Below are positions 35,130 through 47,997 of a stretch of DNA of 64,000 bases, piece by piece (position 1 is the first letter of the stretch; each line of letters begins with the position of its first letter). Source of the stretch: Haliotis cracherodii. Lineage: Eukaryota. A program made the translations under genes and the position numbers. The notes below the pieces were generated by a model that saw nothing but the letters and a program-made list of their open reading frames with translations, was not told the DNA's origin and made no database searches. The stretch is taken from the NCBI RefSeq assembly GCF_022045235.1, contig NW_027266275.1:28644001-28708000 (forward strand). The letters run 5' to 3'.

Positions 35130-36500
35130 TACAGAAGAAAATAAACAAAAAGAAAAACACATTTTCTAAATTGCGAAATGCGATTGTAAAATGTGACATA
35201 ATAAATGCTTCATCGAGTAATACAAACGGAAGAACTTCATATAAAATTCAGTAAATATAAATTGGTTCTGAAATTGAATGATACATCTTTTAATACAAAT
35301 GCATGACGACGTCTCCCCTACTTGAAGGTCGTGGGTCTCAATTTGCACATGCATGTTCATGCACAACGCACCATTTGGATGTTTGCGTGGTTGTTGAGAG
35401 AACGATACTCACACACATGGTTTATGAATGTGAACAGCACACAGGGATAGTTAAGCTATCAGGTGCCCATGAAAAAACCTTTTGTTTAACCGTAAATAAC
35501 GCTTACGCAATGCCACGGCTTGCTGAAATCAACGCCGTGGGTAAGCTGCAAACAGAAATGGCGCAAAACGAACTTGCCAGACTTCATGCTCATAGAAAAA
35601 CAATATCATCTCTTTGGAGACGTTATCTGTTCCAGGGAAATACTGATGACTTGCGACTACTACATTCGGTTGGTGCATCTACGGAATCGATACCAAACTG
35701 CCCCAGTAACAGCTCGGACAATTCCTAGGTTTGGGTAGTGCAACATCCAGCCCGACGTCCAGCGATACGCCCATGTTTTTCCTTCACGTCATCGTGAGGC
35801 ACGCCTGGCTTGGTGTAGACACTGGCCCAGAAGACAAGACTGGGACACAGATGAATCTAGACTTCATCTGAAGAGCTCTGATGGTCGTGAAAGGCTCCAT
35901 GAGAACGCTTTAGCGACGCTTGCGTTACTCAACGTCAGTTTTCGGGGTGGAAGAGTAATAGTATGGGGTGGCATAACAATTCATTGGAGAACACAACTCA
36001 TCACTGTTAACGGTAATTTGAATGGCGTACCCCACAGGAACGACATTGTTTGAGATTATGTTCTACCCTTTGAGCAAATAATAGGACGTAACGCCCCGTC
36101 CGTCACATTGTTGCACGTGTTGTAACAGACTCTTTGAGGCAGCATACCATTGCTGTACTGCCATGGCCGGCCGTTTGTCCTGACCACTACCCAATGTCTG
36201 GCATGAGATGGAAGGACGCCTACGACAGGACCAGAACCTACCGGTCACGCTAGCTTTGTTGGGCCAATCTTTGGTTGACATTTGGAACAACATCCCGCAT
36301 CTCGTGTCTTCAATTCGCAGCCGCTGCCTCTTCTGCATTAACGCATATAGTGCCACGGCAGCTATTGACATTGCAACTTGAGTTGTGACACCAGTCCTCT
36401 TTTAGGACGTGTCGCTCTGTCTCTTGTTACCAGGTATGGTTTCGTCAATGATTTTTACATGATAAAACATTGATCAGACGAATGACTAAATATTATGTTG
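35130..36500 (+). mobile_element. Decayed Tc1-like transposon
   Basis: MPRL..AVGKLQ..TISSLWRRY (ATG at 35510), HREARLAWCR, TDESRLHL..SDGR, VIVWGGIT..NGNLNG and LVDIWNNIP, with many frameshifts; outer limits approximate. Confidence 0.85.
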
Positions 36501-36583
36501 TTTACACTACTTTATATGAACCGCCCTCATATAGCTGGAATATTGCTGAGTGCGGCGTAAAACAACAAACCAACTTTATATGA

Positions 36584-36924
36584 GGTGAGGTGAAATTGGG
36601 TTTAACGTCGCGTCCAAGATTATGGAACTTATATAGCGACGTGCATGTACGTGTGTGGCTGCTTGTACTAGTCCGGACTAATGCCGATTTATAGTGCTAG
36701 CTCACTGAGATACCATGCCGCAGTTTAACATGAATAACCCACTCAGACACAGTATACTGACTCCGAGCCGACCAGTCCTTGTTTCAGCTCCTTAATGCCG
36801 AGCGCCAGACAGGGTAACAACAAGTACCATTTTTTAACGTCTTTTGGTATGACGCGGTCGGGGATCGAGCCCCGGACCTTCCGCTCTCTGGGCGGACGCT
36901 CTACCACTATTCCACGGAGACGGT
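36584..36924 (-). mobile_element. tRNA-derived SINE family D (MetaSINE-like core)
   Basis: Head TAGTGGTAGAGCGTCCGCC..GGCTCGATCCCC; core GTCATACCAAAAGACGTTAAAAAATGGTACTTG..GGCGCTCGGCATTAAGG; 14-bp TSD CCAACTTTATATGA. Confidence 0.88.
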
Positions 36925-38689
36925 CCAACTTTATATGAAGCACAGTTACTTTTCCGGTTTCAGATATAAATCTGCTTTATGACAGACACCGTTTTGAAAA
37001 GGGACCTTCAAGAGGAACATTGAAACATGCACAACCAAGCTGCTTGTGTGGGAGAAAATAAAATCCATAATGTGACAATGTTGATTAGAGTTACAGCTTA
37101 TCTTTACTTAGCTTCCAATCTTTTGTTTACCCTAACGCTACTTTCTTTCTCCTCGTTGGTTCCTGGTCGTCAAGAGGCGAGTACAAGTTAAAAACAATCA
37201 AATACCTCCACGTTCTAACTGGTTTACGTTGTAAACAAAATCACTCACAGAAAAACACTGTTCTGAAACCCATCTCCCCGTATTTATCTCCGCAATTTGA
37301 GGTCCTACGTGCAACGCTTGAGCCAGAATTACACGCTGAATATATCACGATGGCAATAACGTCAGAGAAAGGGATCTTGGGTGTCCTATCTCCAATTATC
37401 ATATCGGTTGCAATGGATTGTCCTGGTGCCAAACTGTATTGTTTTGTAGAACTAGAAAAATGGTTGATGAGTGATCCACAGTCCCCTCTTAGCAGATGGT
37501 ACACGCAGCGAGTTGACACTAATTATCTGTACTACTAAGCCCGTGCTATTAAACCTGTAAATACGAAAGTGGTTTATTTGTTACTGTCCGACACTGTCAT
37601 TGACGGATGCTAGCGTACCGGGACGAGTCTTGCAGGTGCAAGTGCTTGGAATTTTCCGAACTAAAGAAGCTGTCTACTTTATTTTTGACTACTTGTGTAT
37701 CGCGTATTTAATGACAATAAGTGGGTACATGTTTCTGTGCTGTGTGACTCGGATACAGGTGGTACACGCTGAATCGCGTCATGGCGGGAGTGCCAGATTT
37801 ATTATGTAATGGGCAACTTACAAGATGTACCGTTCCCCCCCCCCCCCCACCTTTGAAAACCAAATGTACTATGTTGTAGTCAGGCAAACCACCCCCACCC
37901 CCTCCTCCCACTGAGAGAGGATCTTGATATTTTTTACCCCTCCCTTTAAAACCAAATGCAGTATGTTGTAGAGAATGTATATGGACTTTGATTTGACAAC
38001 GTGTTAATCGAATTTATCAACAGAAACGCTCATAAGCTAAGGGGAAAAGGAAGCTATACCTCTCAGTTGATGTTATCATATGTTCGATTGTCAAGTGAAA
38101 ATATCTTAAGTTATCGATATTATATCAAAAAGTTAAACTGTACTGACGCTAAGTCACTACTCAAAGAATACTTCGACATGGTTTTATTTCTAAAATATAA
38201 CTTGATTTAAAACTTTTGCAAAATGCACAACTGATGAGGGGTATCTTAGACATCTCATTTTTGAAAATCAATATTATTTGCTATTTTCGGCGCACATTTA
38301 CAACATTTCAAACATGGTAGGGGTCATGTGGATGCAAATACATTTCTTACCCCAGTCTTCATTGAACCAGTTTATTGTTACACAAAATTACACAGCCACA
38401 GATTATTGCACAAACTGGTGCAAGAAAGAGTGATAGTAAAATAGAAATAATCAAATTTAACAACAGTTCTTTCAATTTTCCATTACATAAAAAAGAAACT
38501 CGGTAAATTTTCTTTTGCTTCTCGGTTTATATGAAACTAGGCATAGACTGGGACATGGAACTTTTTTCAAGAATTCCTGTTAAGACTGATTAGTAGCGCC
38601 TTGGCACCGTCCCTGATCAGCTGGAGGCGACCGTTCTTCACTAACCGCACATGGCACAGGGAGATAGATGAACGTAAACTTGCAAGATA

Positions 38690-39487
38690 AGGGTATTCCA
38701 GGTTTGGAAAAAAGGAATCCTATATATTTATACTCACAAAACATACACGTTTATGTTAGAAAAAAGAACTGCAATCTTGTCCGAGGTACTCCATCAACAC
38801 AAAGATGATAGTTGATCTTTTGTATCTAAGGTCATGTTCGAACAGCATGCGTTCTGGACACTCATCCTATCTTGTACTTGCAGGAACCACTTAAAAGACA
38901 AGATCACACGAAATTGAACCTCTTTTTCTTGTTCCTTTTCAACATGAAAAGTATTTACCTGGTAGTTTTATAGAAAAAAAAATACAAATATCACAACTCT
39001 CTGATTTTTGGCATTAAGACGATTAATATTTTTCACATTTACCGACAGTTCTATTTCCATAATAAACACACCATGACTGATGTCTCTTGCAATATGACGT
39101 CAATGGCGTCAATTGATAAACATATGACGTCATTAGAACCGTATCACGTGGTGTAGGTACAGGTGTGTGATTCTAGTCTCAGTTTGCAGCCTCATGTTTT
39201 GAACATGGTTCGCTGTTTGGTGCCTCGCTGTTCAAATTACAACGCCAAGAAGAATGACTCTAAAATTAGTTATTTTCTTTTTGTAAAATCGCAACGGAGA
39301 AGACAACAATGGATAAAGCACTGTAAGATTCACCCAAATGGTTGGAAAGGTCCGATGTGAGAATAGCGCGTCTGTGTTGCGCGCTTTCGCTTGCTGTCTT
39401 GTTATGTCTGCCAGGTGTTCAACTGATCGTAAGCAATTACTCCCGGATTTTATATGATATTCCCAGCAAATGCGATTCAATGCCCTT
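38690..39487 (+). mobile_element. THAP-domain-bearing DNA transposon remnant (Kolobok-like, tentative)
   Basis: ATG at 39205 encodes MVRCLVPRCSN..ISYFLF..RRQQWIKHC..W, then frameshifted ARLC; putative ends taagggtatt and aatgcccttaa. Confidence 0.6.
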
Positions 39488-39989
39488 AAACACAACCTTT
39501 TTGTCTAATAGTTGATATTTTATTATGTTTATCCATCTAGCAGTTAATGATATCTACACAGAGGGAATGACACGTGGTTTTCATAACGATGTCCAACACT
39601 AGGCAATGCGTGCCCCTTTGCTGATGTAAGTAATGAATGTAGAAATACGTAACTACACCAAACCCAAATCCCAGTCCTGGGACCATCATGTGTAGCCTTA
39701 TCTGTAATTCGAGTTATGAGTATCGATATTAAACAATAGGGATTCTACTGGTTTTCTGAAGTTGCTTTGTCTACAAATATATATCGAGATAGCGGAGTTC
39801 GAGTTCACTATTCATTTAACACTTCTTTGGTGATGTATACTAGTACATGTATATAAAACGCCAGAGAACAGCCAGCCTCGACCATCCCCCGACACAGATT
39901 CCATTGGACGCAAAAGGCAAAATAGAAGTGAAAACTGCCTTCATGTGATTTTTTGCAATCAATCAATCATCAATCAATCATCAATCAAA

Positions 39990-40220
39990 CACTGGTACCT
40001 CCCAAACATGGCGTGTGTATCCGGGTTGCTACCAGAAACACAGCCCTTCTGACATTCTGGGCAATGCGGAAGGATGCAGTGTTTGGGAGTCATAACATTC
40101 TCCGAAAAGTTCTTGGTGGTTTCGACTAGGTCCCATTCGCTGTCTGAGTTGCGTGTAGGGGGCAAGGGCTCTGAGCTGAAGAGCCAAACCAGTCTGACTG
40201 TGCCAGGATCACACGAACCC
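39990..40220 (-). mobile_element. Possible hAT transposase fragment
   Basis: SDSEWDLVE..TKNFSENVMT..ILP resembles the hAT EW..T..LS.E..T...ILP region. Confidence 0.35.
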
Positions 40221-40368
40221 TCTTTGCTGCAATTGTTTTTTTAATATGTTAGTATAATACGTAATTTCATTCCACCACGATCGAACAGCGGTTGGAACAA
40301 CTGGAGAGTTGTCCACTCAACATTAATGAAAGTACGCATGTCATGCCAAGTATTCTCGTACTGCCATA

Positions 40369-40540
40369 AGGCGGTGGGGTAGTCCAGTGGTTAAATCGTT
40401 CGTTAATCTCGCCGCAGACCCGGGTTATAATCCCCACATGGGTACAATGGGTGAACATAGGTGAAGTCCGTTCTTGGTGATCCCGTCGCGATTTTGCTGG
40501 AATATTTCTAATAGTAGCCCAGACCCAACTCACTCACTCA
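40369..40540 (+). mobile_element. SINE family A
   Basis: ggcggtggggtagtccagtggttaaa head and ACTC tail. Confidence 0.88.
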
Positions 40541-40591
40541 CCAACTGAAGCGCTGTGGATGAAATAGCGGATTGGCTATATCAAAAGAAGG

Positions 40592-40757
40592 GTGAGTGAG
40601 TGAGTTTGATTTCACATCGCTTTTAGCAATATTCCAGCAATATTACGACGGGATCACCAAGAATGGACTTCACCCATTGTACCCATGTCCGGAATCAAAC
40701 CCGGGTCTTCGGCGTGACGAGCGAACTCTTTAACCACTAGGCTACCCGACTGACCCT
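40592..40757 (-). mobile_element. SINE family A
   Basis: 12-bp TSD TCAAAAGAAGGG. Confidence 0.92.
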
Positions 40758-40809
40758 TCAAAAGAAGGGAATTTGGCCAAATTGTTTAACTTAAGTTTCA
40801 GGTTTATGG

Positions 40810-41260
40810 AGACCGACGAAACCACCCATCTGTATCATATTTAGATCTATGCAAATAGATTTAGAGAGACTAAACACTCTCCACTTAACTGTATGAATGA
40901 GAAGGATGACTTCAACTTTCCAATACTCAACCTGCCATGCTGTCTGCATTTCACAACCCACAATCGAGCATGCTCTTCCTGCCAAGCTTTCAACATGTTC
41001 AAAGAGCGTCATACGACGCTTGTTCAGAAGTTGTTTGATCATGGTTGCAACTTTCAAGGCCTCAGCAAAGCTTTCAAAAGGTTTAATGGTAGACATGGTG
41101 AGGATATTTCAAGATTTGACGCATCAGTAACAAAAATGATGTCCAATGCAATCCCCGATTTTGACTTGTGCGATTTGTGTCTTTGCCTTTGCATGTATTT
41201 GTGACGGGTGTCATCGGTGGAGCAGGATGCGCTCACCTTTTCGCGAACATTTGGTATAAT
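40810..41260 (+). mobile_element. Penelope-like element 3' RT fragment
   Basis: SYLDL, KDDFNFPILNLP and RACSS..RHTTLVQKL..G...LSKAFKRF, followed by a tgacgggtgtca..gcaggatgcgctcacc block. Confidence 0.8.
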
Positions 41261-41579
41261 CATTATTTGATAGTGATTCATAAATTCATGCTCATGATAT
41301 TCGGAATCGTACAATTGCCTCTGCTTTTAGCACAGTTTTCTTTGACTATGAAAATGTTTTTTGACGCTTTTATTCGAATGTACAAAAGTGTTCTGTATGC
41401 AAATGTTTCACAGTTACAGCTTGACATCGACAAAAACTGCCGGGCAAAAGAAAGTATACAGCAACGTTTAATGGCGGCTAAAATGCAACAAATAAGATAT
41501 GGTTTTTTTCCGATGGAAATGTATTTTATACGGGTATCATAGTTACCAACACCTATTTCGAACACTGAGTCTTTGTTCT

Positions 41580-41810
41580 CAAATGTGTAAATGGACAGGT
41601 TCCTGAGTATCTTACCTGCCTACTTAATCAGGCCCAACATCTGGATTGTTGAGGTCCAGTGATCACCACTTTCTACAGGTTCCGTCTACATGCACAAAAT
41701 CACATGGCGACCACTCTTCCGATCTCAAGCTCAGAGCACAGCAACAAGTATGTACTTTTAAGTGTCAACAGAAGACACACTTTTCAAGATTGCTTTTACT
41801 GTGTGGCATA
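41580..41810 (+). mobile_element. L2/CR1-type LINE 3' end fragment
   Basis: LRSSDHHFLQVPSTCTKSHGD..FKCQQKTHF matches the LRS..L.VP..GDR..FK..LKTHLF terminus. Confidence 0.7.
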
Positions 41811-43119
41811 GTCAGTCTCAGATACTTCTCGCCCACTCGGGTCTCTGCTGAGGTTTCAGTAGACCATTATTTAGTACCTGAAATAAAGTTAAGTTATTCA
41901 AAAACATAAATCTGCAAAATACAAAATAAATCCAAATGGAGCCCAGAACAATGGTTACTTTGTTAGTCTAGAGCTGAGGCAAACTAGACTTGAGTTGTTT
42001 CGTTGATTAATATATTCTCTAGCATCCGGGACACAGACTAAGATTTCAGTTATTTTTTGCCCTCTGGACACAAAAGGGCTTTGAGAAGTGTTAACTGTTA
42101 TATTAGCGCTCTATGAATGTGTGTATGTGAGTATATCTGTATGTATGTAACTGCCCCAGTTAATGTCTTTACAATGACCCTTAGGGGTTTGGGATTGTCG
42201 TTTAGCCGGTACCAACTAGTCTGAGAATGTCTTGTCTATATACACCAACAGTTGGGACTGTCGCTGAGCGAGAATACTATAAGGTCGGAGAATGTTCTTG
42301 AATATGCACCAGTTGGTACTACGCTTAGAGACGTAGCTTATAATTATCACATCGACATGCTTTGCATTTTAGAAACATAGGCAAATCAATAATCCTTTTA
42401 AAAACTGCGTAATCATTCAACCTTTTACATACTCGCATCCATCTTAGTCTTTCCTTAATAAGTAAAGTGTACTGAAATCAACTGCGACTAATCCTAACAT
42501 CATTAAATCCTCAATAACGATTCCCTCATTTTCTCCTCACAGGCTTAAAGCAATTGGGAAAGTTAGATAAACAGGTACATATATAATGTGCCGCCAAGCT
42601 GAGGAAAGTTTCTTGCACCTGCCGTCATTTTTTAAAAGCGGGATATATATAGATGCATTCTATGCCAGAAAGCTGTTTGCAGCAACAAACAATACCTTGA
42701 TTTCTCAGAAAATATAAGCGATTAAAGTGCCTTAATTTAAATTCCCAGGCCTCTTTTTTATGCAATTTGAAATTGCCATGAAGACGTCTGGTGTATTGAT
42801 ATTGTTTAGGTTACTTTCTTGTGCACTTTTGAAAGTGAAATTGGATGTCATTGGCATTACTGCTTTGTTCCTTGTGTTTGTTCTTCATAATAGAAATGTC
42901 AAGATTGATAGGTATAAACTCTAAGACAAATAGTATAAACAACATTATGACAACAATCGAGGTATGTACATAAGGTTTATTTAAGGTTTGTGATATTCAG
43001 TGACTATAAATAGACTCTCCAGTTGAAGCTAACATCTCGCCTAGGAACTTTAAATATAACCTTCGCTTGTTACAGGGTGAGCGTGGGTGAGTTTAGATGT
43101 ATATAGGTTGAAGTACATA

Positions 43120-44410
43120 AAAAGTGTGTTGAATGTCTCATGTGTTGACGAAGTACACAATACGTGTGTTGAATGCTTGATGTGTTGTATCCAGGGTAAA
43201 AGACGAATAAGTGTGTTGAATGTCTCATGTGTTGACGCAGTACACAATACGTGTGTTGAATGTTTGATGTGTTGTATCCAGGGTAAAAGACGAATAAGTG
43301 TGTTGAATGTGTTATGTGTTGACGAAGTACACAATACGTGTGTTGAATGTTTGATGTGTTGTATCAAGGGTAAAAGACGAAGTGCACAAAAAGTGTGTTG
43401 AATGTCTCATGTGTTGACGAAGTACACAATACGTGTGTTGAATGTATGATGTGTTGCATCTAAGTTGAAGATGAAATACACAACAAATGAGTTGAATGTC
43501 TGACGTGTTCACGAATGACACAATTCGTGTGTTGAATGTCCGATGTGTTGAGGAAGTACAAAATAGGTGTGTTGAATGTCTGACGTGTTGTATCTAGGTA
43601 GAAGATGAAGAGCACAATACGTGTGTTGCATGTCTTACGTGTTGTATAGAGGGTAGAAGAGAAAGTACAATAATAAATGTGTTGAATGTAGAGGAGAACC
43701 ATCACCTTCAGCAACAGGACCCATGACCTACGACTAAAGGAACCATCACCTTCACAAACAGGAGCCATCGCCTTCACCAACAGGAACCACCACCTTCACA
43801 AACAGGAGCCATCACCTTCACAAACAGGAACCATCACCTTCAAGAACAGGAGCCATCACCTTCAGTATCAGGAACCATCACCTTCAGGAACAGGTACCAC
43901 CACCTTCAGCAAGATGCCTGACGTGTTGTCTTGAGGATAGAAGGGAAAGTACAGCAATAAATGTGCTGAATGTCTGACGTGTTGTATAGAGGGTAGAAGA
44001 GAAAGTACAGCCATTAATGTGCTGAATGTCTGACGTGTTGTATAGAGAGTAGAAGTGAAAGTACAACAATAAATGTGTTGAATGTCTGACGTGTTGTCTT
44101 GAGGGTCGAAGAGAAAGTACAGCCATTAATGTGCTGAATGTCTGACGTGTTATATAGGGTACAGGCGAAAGTACAGCCATTAATGTGCTGAATGTCTGAC
44201 GTGTTGTATAGGGTACAGGAGAAAGTACAGCCATTAATGTGTTGAATGTCTGACGTGTTGTATAGGGTACAGGAGAAAGTACAGCCATTAATGTGCTGAA
44301 TGTCTGACGTGTTGTATAGGGTACAGGAGAAAGTACAGCCATTAATGTGTTGAATGTCTGACGTGTTGTATAGGGTATAGGAGAAAGTATTAAACAAGTG
44401 TGCTGAATGT
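43120..44410. repeat. Composite minisatellite with core TGTGTTGAATGTCTGACGTGTTG (87-bp dimers on the left, 54-bp units on the right)
   Basis: Directly visible; interrupted at 43690-43912. Confidence 0.93.
43690..43912. repeat. 21-bp repeat block CAGGAACCATCACCTTCAGCAA-like, embedded in the preceding array
   Basis: Same unit as 45548-46360. Confidence 0.9.
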
Positions 44411-45080
44411 CTGATAAAGTGTGTCTAGGGTTGGTGTGCATTGTGTCTTTAAGTGATAAACGAGTATATACCACCGTCTTATCTCCCAAACAAATAAGTT
44501 GAAAGATCGCCCATTCCAGATAGGTTCCCACGTGTTTGAGATCAAGACCAGTATCTTTGTGTTGAAACGGTAATGTTCACGCATTCTGAAACCATCCAAG
44601 GATTTAAGCATTGTGTAAGAGCTTCTCAAGTTAGGAGACGTTATACATGCAATGTATATGACGATAAGTGTAGGTCATATCGATTTCTGCTGCCTGGTTC
44701 ATGTATACCCATAGTAAAATTATTATTAGCGTGACGTAGTTTTTCAGGGAATTATCACTCCTTCGTCGGGCAGCTAACAGCAGACCTCGGGCTTCTTCAA
44801 ATGATAATGCCTTGAAAAATAAGGTTGCCATTATCTCCATAGCTAAGAATTTGTAGCTACTCCCCGAATGAACAAAACAACTAACAGCGGCCTAGGTTTA
44901 GTGGCTGTATAAAAAAACTCATGAAAGAGGTCAATGATTTTCAAATAGTAATGTCTTAGAACATAACATAGGATGACGTCTCAAACAGGAAACGTGATGC
45001 CAAAGACGTCACATAACAACAGAATAGAAACCAGCCGTCGGTACGGAAAGTGCGGGCTGATAGTGTCCCGCAGATGTCTA

Positions 45081-45350
45081 GGTTGGTTGGTTGGTTGGTT
45101 TGTTGTTTTATGTCGCACTAAGCAATATTCCAGCTGTATGACAGCGGTCTGTAAATTATCGGGTCTGGACCAGACAATCCAGTGATTGATATCATGAGCA
45201 TCGATGCGCGCAATTGGGATCGATAACATGCATCAACCAAGTCAGCGAGATGACCAACCGATCCCGTTAGTCGCCACTTACGACAAGCAAACTCGCCTTT
45301 TACGGCAAGCATGGGTTACTGAAGACCTATTCTACCTGGGATCTTCACGG
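45081..45350 (-). mobile_element. SINE family B, full length
   Basis: Reverse complement of 12534-12810 with (CCAA)n tail. Confidence 0.92.
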
Positions 45351-45547
45351 TTCGCAGATGTCTGGGAACGTGCGGGCATTTTTATAATAATTCTATCCAT
45401 TTTATCTATAATATGCGATTCACGATTCAATACCCCCTACACGTGTTTATGCAGTTGATTATTTGTGGTGTGACAGTGACAGAGTTGTGAAGGAGATATT
45501 ACCACTTTTAACTCTTAGAAAATGTTAGAAACAATTAAAGGATCAAA

Positions 45548-46360
45548 GGTACCATCACCTTCAGCAACAGGAACCATCACCCATAGCAAGAGGAACCATC
45601 ACCTTCAGCAACATGTACCACCACCTTCAGCAACAGGAATCATCACCTTCACCAACAGGAACCCTCACCTTCACAAACAGGAACCATAACCTTCAGCAAC
45701 AGGAGCCATCACCTTCAGCAACAGGAACCATCACCTTCACAAACAGGAACCATAAACTTCAGCAACAGGAGCCATCACCTTCAGCAACAGGAACCCTCAC
45801 ATTCAGCAACAGGAACCCTCATCTTCACAAACAGGAAGCATCACCTTCAGGAACCGGAACCATAATTATCCTTCACAAACAGGAAGCATCACCTTGAGAA
45901 ACAGGAAGCATCACCTTCAGGAACCGGAACCATATCCTTCACAAACAGGAAGCATCACCTTGAGAAACAGGAACCATCACCATCAGCAACAGGATCCCTC
46001 ACCTTCACAAAAAGGAATCATCGGCTTCACAAACAGGAACCATCACCTTGATGAACAGGAACCATAACCTTCAGGAACAGGAACTATCACCTTCACAAAC
46101 AGGAACCACCACCTTCAGGAACAGGAACCATAACCTTCAGCAACAGCAACCATCACCTTCAACATCAGGAACCACCACTTTCACAGCAGAAGGTACCAAC
46201 ACCTTCAACATCAGGAACCACCACTTTCACAGCAAGAGGTACCAACAACTTCAGCAACAGGAACCCTCACCTTCAGCAACAGGAACCCTCAACTTCAGCA
46301 ACAGGAACCATCACCCTCAGGAACAGGAACCTATCACCTTCACCATCAGGAACTATCATC
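45548..46360. repeat. 21-bp minisatellite (~38 units)
   Basis: Unit ACAGGAACCATCACCTTCAGCA-like. Confidence 0.93.
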
Positions 46361-47299
46361 TTTATCGATGCACGAAGCACGCCTTCCCAAGAAAGCGTAC
46401 AATATGTTAATGTGTTTACATAACTCATCCGAAATAAGATATTTACTGTTTTCACATGGCTTTGGAATAGCATGGTTATCACAAACAGTGGTACTCATAA
46501 TTTTTTCAATAAACTGTTTGAGAATATACTATTAATATGTTTCATCTGAACTGGAAATTAACTCTAGAAATTTGTTCGAGATTTTATTGCATGTGTAATG
46601 TAAGACTGTGGAGCCAGAGAGTTATCTCACTGTAATAAAGTAACATATAGAAATATCTTAGTTAAATGTAGAGAGGAGCTGTTAACGGTAAAACATAACG
46701 AAGGTAGATGGCGAAGTATAGATGTCTCATTTATGCCAATCAGGAAACGAAGACGAATGTTGTTTCCTTCCACGATGTACTGCTCTTAAAGATAGTAGGA
46801 ACACGTTTATTCCAAGGAAAACGTTTAAAATTCTAAATATGTAAGTATGCAAAACATGTAGCAGATTATTCGTAACACGTGGTACAGTTAACTGATGTGC
46901 TTGGATGACCTCCATGTCAATATAACCCAGGTTTAAACTACGTAAATGGACATCTGTTTTCCTGGGTCGTCCTCAATAAACATTAGTTCACATTTACAAA
47001 TACATTTACACACTCATGTCACACAATAAAATATTCAAGAATACGTGGTATTCATAACAGTTCCTCGGTCGCCTGTCAAGAAAAAGAGATGTATGAAATG
47101 AAAACGCCAAATAAAATAACAAGAAGTTCTTTAACCAATGTGCCTTCACGGAAAAAGATTCCATGGATTCGTAATGACTATTAGACGACAAAAAGCTTCC
47201 ATATTCATGAGACATCTCTGCTAAAGGCTGAATCGAATTTACGATTCCGACTATGTCATAAAGATGTGTTTATAAATCAGTATCAAATACGAGTAGTGA

Positions 47300-47590
47300 T
47301 CACACAAGGTGTTTGCTAAAAGGTGAGCGTATCCTGTCAGTGGCACCCGTCACAAACACATGCAAATGCAAGTCAATTGTTCACCTGAAAATACACGAGA
47401 ACATATGGTACAACTAGGGAATTGCATCAGACATCCCTTTTGTCACTGATGCGAAATGTTTCCTCCACATGTGTACCATAAAACCTTTTGAAAGCTTTAC
47501 TGAGGTCGTGGATGTTGTTAACCTGGTGAAACGACTTTTGAGGAAGAGGCGTATGGTGATCTTTGAAAACTTGGTAGAGCATGCTCAAAA
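47300..47590 (-). mobile_element. Penelope-like fragment, inverted relative of 40960-41260
   Basis: ggtgagcgtatcctg..cacccgtcacaaa.acatgcaa..ccttttgaaagcttt.ctgagg..gagcatgctc. Confidence 0.8.
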
Positions 47591-47997
47591 GTTGTGAAGA
47601 GTCACTTTTATTTACTTTTCATGTTGTACCTTTTAGAAAGCCACAAGTCCCTTTCTTTCTTTGAAGATGTGTACTGATTTTCAATTGTGCTGAATATAGA
47701 TGTCTGAATATTATATTTTGGTTGTCTATATCAACATAACTACAAACATATGTTCAGTTTCAAATTGTTGTTCCTTTCTTTCCTAGTTTCGGAGGATAAC
47801 TCCTGGATTTAGCATCGTATTTATTTATCAGACCTCAGTTCAAGTATTTGGCGGAGAGTCAAGTTGGTCAGTGTCCATCCATAACATTGATGTCTGGTGA
47901 ACACGTGGTCATGTTCCAAATACTAGTCCTGTAGTCACCGTGTTCCAAGTAACCTATCCCGTTGGTAAGAGGCGACAAAAGTGGACTGGGTGGGCAG

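Noticed and set aside
37241-37538. Short ORFs with protein-like composition (ELEKWLMSDPQSPLSRWY)
   Set aside because: No recognisable domain, splice sites or second copy.
44390-44840. Possible Harbinger transposase remnant (LDGFRMREHYRF)
   Set aside because: Only one short motif, with no catalytic residues or TIRs identified.
45613-46410. Q/S/P/T-rich ORFs in the 21-bp array
   Set aside because: The reading phase changes between units and stops interrupt the array; consistent with a non-coding satellite.
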